This document shows, piece after piece, positions 20,772 through 24,000 of a stretch of 24,000 nt of DNA; position 1 is the first letter of the stretch, and every line of letters starts with the position of its first letter. Under the pieces are notes generated by a model. It did no database searches and was not told where the DNA came from. It worked only from the letters and a program-made list of their open reading frames with translations. The stretch is from the NCBI RefSeq assembly GCF_965282765.1, contig NZ_OZ392461.1. One strand, written 5' to 3'. A program made the position numbers and the translations under genes.

Positions 20772-21275
20772 TCATCGACCAATGTGAATTGGCAATGTAC
20801 CACTCAAGTTAAAATCACTGAATATTTTATCAATTTCTCTTGCAGTTTCTATATATTTAACCTCTTTCGTACTTGCATTATAAATAGCCCAAGCCTCGGG
20901 ATGGGATGTTCCACCAAACCTTACAAAAAAACTTGATTTCATATTATTATATAAATTAACATCAGGAAAAGGATCTTCTCCAAAATTAGTAGTATTAAAT
21001 AATGAAAGTTCGTATCGCTTAGAAAATTCTGTTGGTAGGATAGCTTCACTGCCATCAATAGCATTCATCCAGAGTTTGTTACCATTATATTCCAACAATA
21101 ATCTCTGTTTTGCATGTGTCTTATCTCGTTCTTTAACGACAGCGAATACCTTTTTAACAACTTGCTGTGCGGATGGTCCTATTGTATTACCAAAAGCTGG
21201 CAACCCGATTTTGCCATAAACACTCTCCTGAATGAAATAAATATCCGTTTTATCGGCCTCGACAATATCTACCAT
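20772..21275 (-). CDS. Hypothetical protein, 167 aa, AT-rich accessory gene (function unknown)
   Basis: Uninterrupted ORF MVDIVEADKTDIYFIQESVYGKIGLPAFGNTIGPSAQQVV...FFVRFGGTSHPEAWAIYNASTKEVKYIE... lies 66 nt upstream of, and co-directional with, the previous gene. I see only a loose resemblance to SUKH/Smi1-type immunity proteins, which is not enough to call. Confidence 0.45.
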   Translation of the reverse strand: MVDIVEADKTDIYFIQESVYGKIGLPAFGNTIGPSAQQVVKKVFAVVKERDKTHAKQRLLLEYNGNKLWMNAIDGSEAILPTEFSKRYELSLFNTTNFGEDPFPDVNLYNNMKSSFFVRFGGTSHPEAWAIYNASTKEVKYIETAREIDKIFSDFNLSGTLPIHIGR

Positions 21276-21301
21276 TTATCCCTCCAAACAAGACCTGACT
21301 C

Positions 21302-21347
21302 CAGGACAAGAGCATAGTGTGTAGTAAACACTTCATGCTCTTGCCCT
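21302..21347. repeat. 46-bp IR-IR mini-palindrome whose two ends resemble ISAs1-family IS termini
   Basis: caggacaagagcatagtgtgtagtaaacacttcatgctcttgccctg. The left arm is CAGGACAAGAGCAT and the reverse complement of the right arm is CAGGGCAAGAGCAT. Compare the IS ends CAGGGCAAGATTAC (21385) and CAGGGAAAGATCAT (reverse complement of 22675). Confidence 0.5.
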
Positions 21348-21384
21348 GACCATTGAAATAACAACTTTCGTTTGTTTACTGTAC

Positions 21385-22675
21385 CAGGGCAAGATTACGA
21401 AAGCCCGCTCCCCGCAAGGACTGACGCCAGGTAGTTTCTGTCCATGGCTGCTTTTCGCATCTTACGTCTTAACCCTGCCTTGAATACCTTATCATTCGTC
21501 AAAATATTAATAGCAATGTGCCGTATCCCTGAAAATAATTCTGCTGCGTTTCCTCTTCTTATTTTGCAGTCGTCTTCATTCATTACCACGTCCAGACGCC
21601 AGTGCAGCTTATTCTCCACGTGCCAGTGGTTTCGGATTGCTGTGGCGAACTTCTCTGCGGTTAAATCAGCAGAACTGATATAATATCTGACCGTCATTTC
21701 GGGCTCTTTCTTTTGTTCTGCTATTATTGACCGAAAGGAGACTGCCACGCATAATTTCTTCAGACCTTTCCATTCAAACGTGAAATCAATAAGTTCATCA
21801 GGGACATCGCAAACAATGTGAAGACGGATTTCTTCTCTGCCGTGACTCTTTTCACTAATTGCGTAACTGTCATGCTCTGGATTATTTAATTCTTTCAGCA
21901 GAAATTTTTCCTCGAAGGCTTTATTTAGCCGCCCCTGGTTTCCTTTTACAGCGAATAAATAATCACCTCCCTGTTTTTGTATCTTCTCTGCAATATCTTT
22001 CTGGCAACCCATCGCATCAGTTGTGATGATTTTTCCTTTAATATCCAGCATGTTAATAAGTTCAGGGATAGCTGTAATCTCATTAGATTTCTCATCCGTC
22101 CTGATCTGTCCGATGACCAGGCTGTGCATTGTTGAGAACGCACTAATGACATGAATCGCTCCCCTGCGGCGACTCTTGTCATAAGAGTGTCGGAGCGTTT
22201 TTCCATCAATTGCAATGACGTCTTTATCATCTGAAGAATGGCAGTCACGCATCCAGTTAATAAAGCACTCGTGAAATTTTGCAGGACTGATACAGGATAC
22301 AACTCTGGCAATGGTATCGTGAACAGGAATACCATTATCAAAATCACCATATTGCTTCAAAAAATCGAGATGTGTTTCCCCAAAATCCTCTATATCTTCC
22401 CAACCTTCTGCACCAGAAATAACGGCACAAATAGTCAACAGTAGAATATCCGATAATTTATGTTCCACTTTCCAGGCTTGTCTGTAATCGGGGATAATAG
22501 AAATATGCTCCATCAATTTTTTAAGTTCCATTTTGTTCTCCTTAATTATGTAAGGAGTATTTGATCATGTATAAGCAATAAAAAACAGCTTCAGGTAATG
22601 AGGAATATCTCAATTTTTAAACATAAAATGCGAATTGTTTAGTACAAAAAGTGTACTTCTGATGATCTTTCCCTG
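21385..22675 (-). mobile_element. Intact ISAs1-family insertion sequence (Rhs H-repeat / ISEc1-like), 1291 bp
   Basis: The terminal inverted repeats are cagggcaagat... (21385) and ...atctttccctg (22675). It contains a single 378-aa transposase ORF. Confidence 0.85.
21395..22531 (-). CDS. ISAs1-family (H-repeat-associated, YhhI-like) DDE transposase
   Basis: 378-aa [65 protein letters not shown]... recognised as essentially the K-12 YhhI/H-repeat protein sequence. Confidence 0.92.
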   Translation of the reverse strand: MELKKLMEHISIIPDYRQAWKVEHKLSDILLLTICAVISGAEGWEDIEDFGETHLDFLKQYGDFDNGIPVHDTIARVVSCISPAKFHECFINWMRDCHSSDDKDVIAIDGKTLRHSYDKSRRRGAIHVISAFSTMHSLVIGQIRTDEKSNEITAIPELINMLDIKGKIITTDAMGCQKDIAEKIQKQGGDYLFAVKGNQGRLNKAFEEKFLLKELNNPEHDSYAISEKSHGREEIRLHIVCDVPDELIDFTFEWKGLKKLCVAVSFRSIIAEQKKEPEMTVRYYISSADLTAEKFATAIRNHWHVENKLHWRLDVVMNEDDCKIRRGNAAELFSGIRHIAINILTNDKVFKAGLRRKMRKAAMDRNYLASVLAGSGLS

Positions 22676-22696
22676 TCCGCAGCTGCTTTTCACATC

Positions 22697-22901
22697 CAGG
22701 GAAAGATTACGAAAGCCCGCACCCCGCAAGGACTGACGCCAGATAGTTTCTGTCCATGGCTGCTTTTCGCATCTTACGTCTTAACCCTGCCTTGAATACC
22801 TTATCATTCGTCAAAATATTAATAGCGATGTGCCGTATCCCTGAAAATAATTCTGCTGCATTTCCTCTTCTTATTTTGCAGTCGTCTTCATTCATTACCA
22901 G
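22697..22901 (-). pseudogene. 3' portion of a second ISAs1-family IS copy, acting as the 3' exon of a group II intron insertion
   Basis: 22697..22900 is near-identical to 21385..21588; I count 5 substitutions by eye. It encodes ...[63 protein letters not shown]. Homology stops abruptly at about 22900/22901, where intron domain VI begins. Confidence 0.85.
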
Positions 22902-22940
22902 GTGAGTAGGCCGCAGGAACCTCCCCCGCAGCCTCTCGCA

Positions 22941-22974
22941 GAACGGTACGTGAACCTCTCGGCTCATACCGCTC
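22941..22974 (-). ncRNA. Group II intron domain V (catalytic hairpin)
   Basis: The minus strand reads GAGCGGUAU-GAGCC-GAGA-GGUUC-AC-GUACCGUUC. This gives the AGC triad, a 9-bp lower stem, a 5-bp upper stem, a GNRA (GAGA) tetraloop and a 2-nt AC bulge, 34 nt in all. Confidence 0.88.
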
Positions 22975-22977
22975 CCA

Positions 22978-24000
22978 TCAAACAAGTCCGCCTCTCATCT
23001 TCAGACGCCAGTGGGCAAACAACTGTGGACTTCGCTTCGCCATTTCTTCCAGAAATTTTGAGGCTCTTGTCTTGTATCGGCTGAGCATTTTATATTTCTT
23101 ACGCCCCCACCTCACCAGTGCTTTATTGATATATCTGAACACGCTGTATAATTCCGAACAGGTATATCGCCCGTAATAATTTATCCAGCCATTCAGTTTT
23201 GGATTTATCCATTTCGCTATCTGCTCAATGCTTAAATCCACTCTTTTCCTTATCCCTGTCGCTTTGATTTCCCGACGCATTGCCTTTAGCGCTGATTTGC
23301 TCGCTGCGGGGGTAAAACTTACAAACAGACTGTTTCGCTTAACGTTCTTTACTACGCGTCGCCTGAATGTGTACCCCAGAAAGTCGAACATGGTATGTTC
23401 ATAATCACCCTTCCGGCTTCCATCTTTGCAGTAGATAACTCGCGTTTTCTCCGGATGCATTTCCAGTCCGCATTCGCTAAATCTTTTGCGTAATACTTCT
23501 CGCATTTCAGTCGCTTCTGCTTCGCTGTGACAATGCAAAATGCCATCATCAGCATATCGATACCACGGCACTTTCGGATAATATTTTGCCAGCCATTTAT
23601 CAAACACATAATGCATGAACAGGTTTGCCAGCAACGGACTTATGACACCTCCCTGCGGCGTTCCCATTGTTCGTGCTCTGACTTCTCCGTCTGACATCAC
23701 CATCGGCGCTGTCAGCCACCGCTGTATATACAATTTTACCCACCGGGCCGGATTGTGTTTGTCCACGGCTTTCATTATCAGTTCGTGCGGGATGTTATCG
23801 AACAGCCCTTTGATGTCAAATTCCAGTACCCAGTCGTAATACCAGCAACGCTTACGCGTTACCCCTATAGCATCCAGTGCCGATTTATTCGGTCTGTAGC
23901 CGTAAGAGTCTGCCAGAAAATGTGGCTCAACCTGTGGCTCAAAGGCCAGTTTTACCACCGTCTGCGCGATACGATCGCTGACTGTCGGGATACCCAGAAT
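22978..24000 (-). CDS. Group II intron-encoded reverse transcriptase/maturase (N-terminus outside the window)
   Basis: The frame is open to the window edge ([23 protein letters not shown]...). RT motifs are present: [52 protein letters not shown] and LGYTF, plus maturase domain X (WINYYGRY). The protein ends soon after X, so no HNH endonuclease domain is visible. The track M at 23958 is an internal GTG. Confidence 0.9.
   Translation of the reverse strand: MLGIPTVSDRIAQTVVKLAFEPQVEPHFLADSYGYRPNKSALDAIGVTRKRCWYYDWVLEFDIKGLFDNIPHELIMKAVDKHNPARWVKLYIQRWLTAPMVMSDGEVRARTMGTPQGGVISPLLANLFMHYVFDKWLAKYYPKVPWYRYADDGILHCHSEAEATEMREVLRKRFSECGLEMHPEKTRVIYCKDGSRKGDYEHTMFDFLGYTFRRRVVKNVKRNSLFVSFTPAASKSALKAMRREIKATGIRKRVDLSIEQIAKWINPKLNGWINYYGRYTCSELYSVFRYINKALVRWGRKKYKMLSRYKTRASKFLEEMAKRSPQLFAHWRLKMRGGLV

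Larger units (their letters stand above)
22902..24000 (-). mobile_element. Group II intron (3' two-thirds: IEP ORF in domain IV, then domains V and VI), continuing beyond the right edge
   Basis: The RT/maturase ORF is followed 3 nt later by a canonical domain V, then a domain VI-like hairpin ending ...ggcctactcac next to the transposase exon. It has the same orientation as the host gene. The exact 3' splice site is ambiguous by 1 nt. Confidence 0.85.

Noticed and set aside
22707-22985. 92-aa track [38 protein letters not shown]...
   Set aside because: It is a chimera. The first third is a translation of intron domains V/VI, and the rest is the 3' exon of the interrupted H-repeat transposase.
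22978-24000. Reverse transcriptase as a possible retron, DRT or Abi-type defence RT
   Set aside because: It has the maturase X domain (WINYYGRY). A textbook group II intron domain V and VI follow it immediately. It sits inside a split transposase gene in the same orientation. All of this points to an intron-encoded protein, not a defence RT.

Overview
This is an Escherichia coli chromosomal segment matching the K-12 frsA-gpt-pepD ... dinB ... fadE-ivy-yafV neighbourhood, shown in the opposite orientation to K-12 numbering. Calls rest on reading the translated ORFs and DNA motifs by eye; no searches were run.

Conserved backbone: frsA (5' part), gpt, pepD, yafP, yafN, dinB with its LexA box, rayT (yafM), yafL, yafK, yafJ, gmhA, fadE with a FadR box, ivy and yafV.

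Differences from K-12 as I remember it:
1. An intact, ATGA-coupled rtcB2-prfH pair (RNA ligase plus a GGQ release-factor homologue). It has its own sigma70-like promoter and a 15-codon upstream ORF with a perfect Shine-Dalgarno. A DUF457/YdjM-like membrane hydrolase gene follows on the same strand, and a small unknown ORF converges on it. K-12 has only ykfJ and prfH remnants here.
2. yafO (toxin) carries an in-frame amber codon, while yafN (antitoxin) is intact.
3. The Flag-2 deletion scar is present (lafU and lfhA remnants head to head).
4. A 1258-bp IS3-family element with a 3-bp TGT duplication sits inside a REP of the BIME array next to rayT.
5. dinJ-yafQ is absent between yafL and yafK.
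6. Past yafV lies an AT-rich accessory edge. It holds three same-orientation copies of an ISAs1-family H-repeat IS: one internally deleted, one intact, and one interrupted by a group II intron. They bracket a two-gene AT-rich cassette and a 46-bp IR-IR mini-palindrome.

The rtcB2-prfH module is the most system-like feature, but the pair itself is already described. The untested parts are its leader and its flanking genes. I found no clearly new multi-gene system that I can prove from sequence alone.
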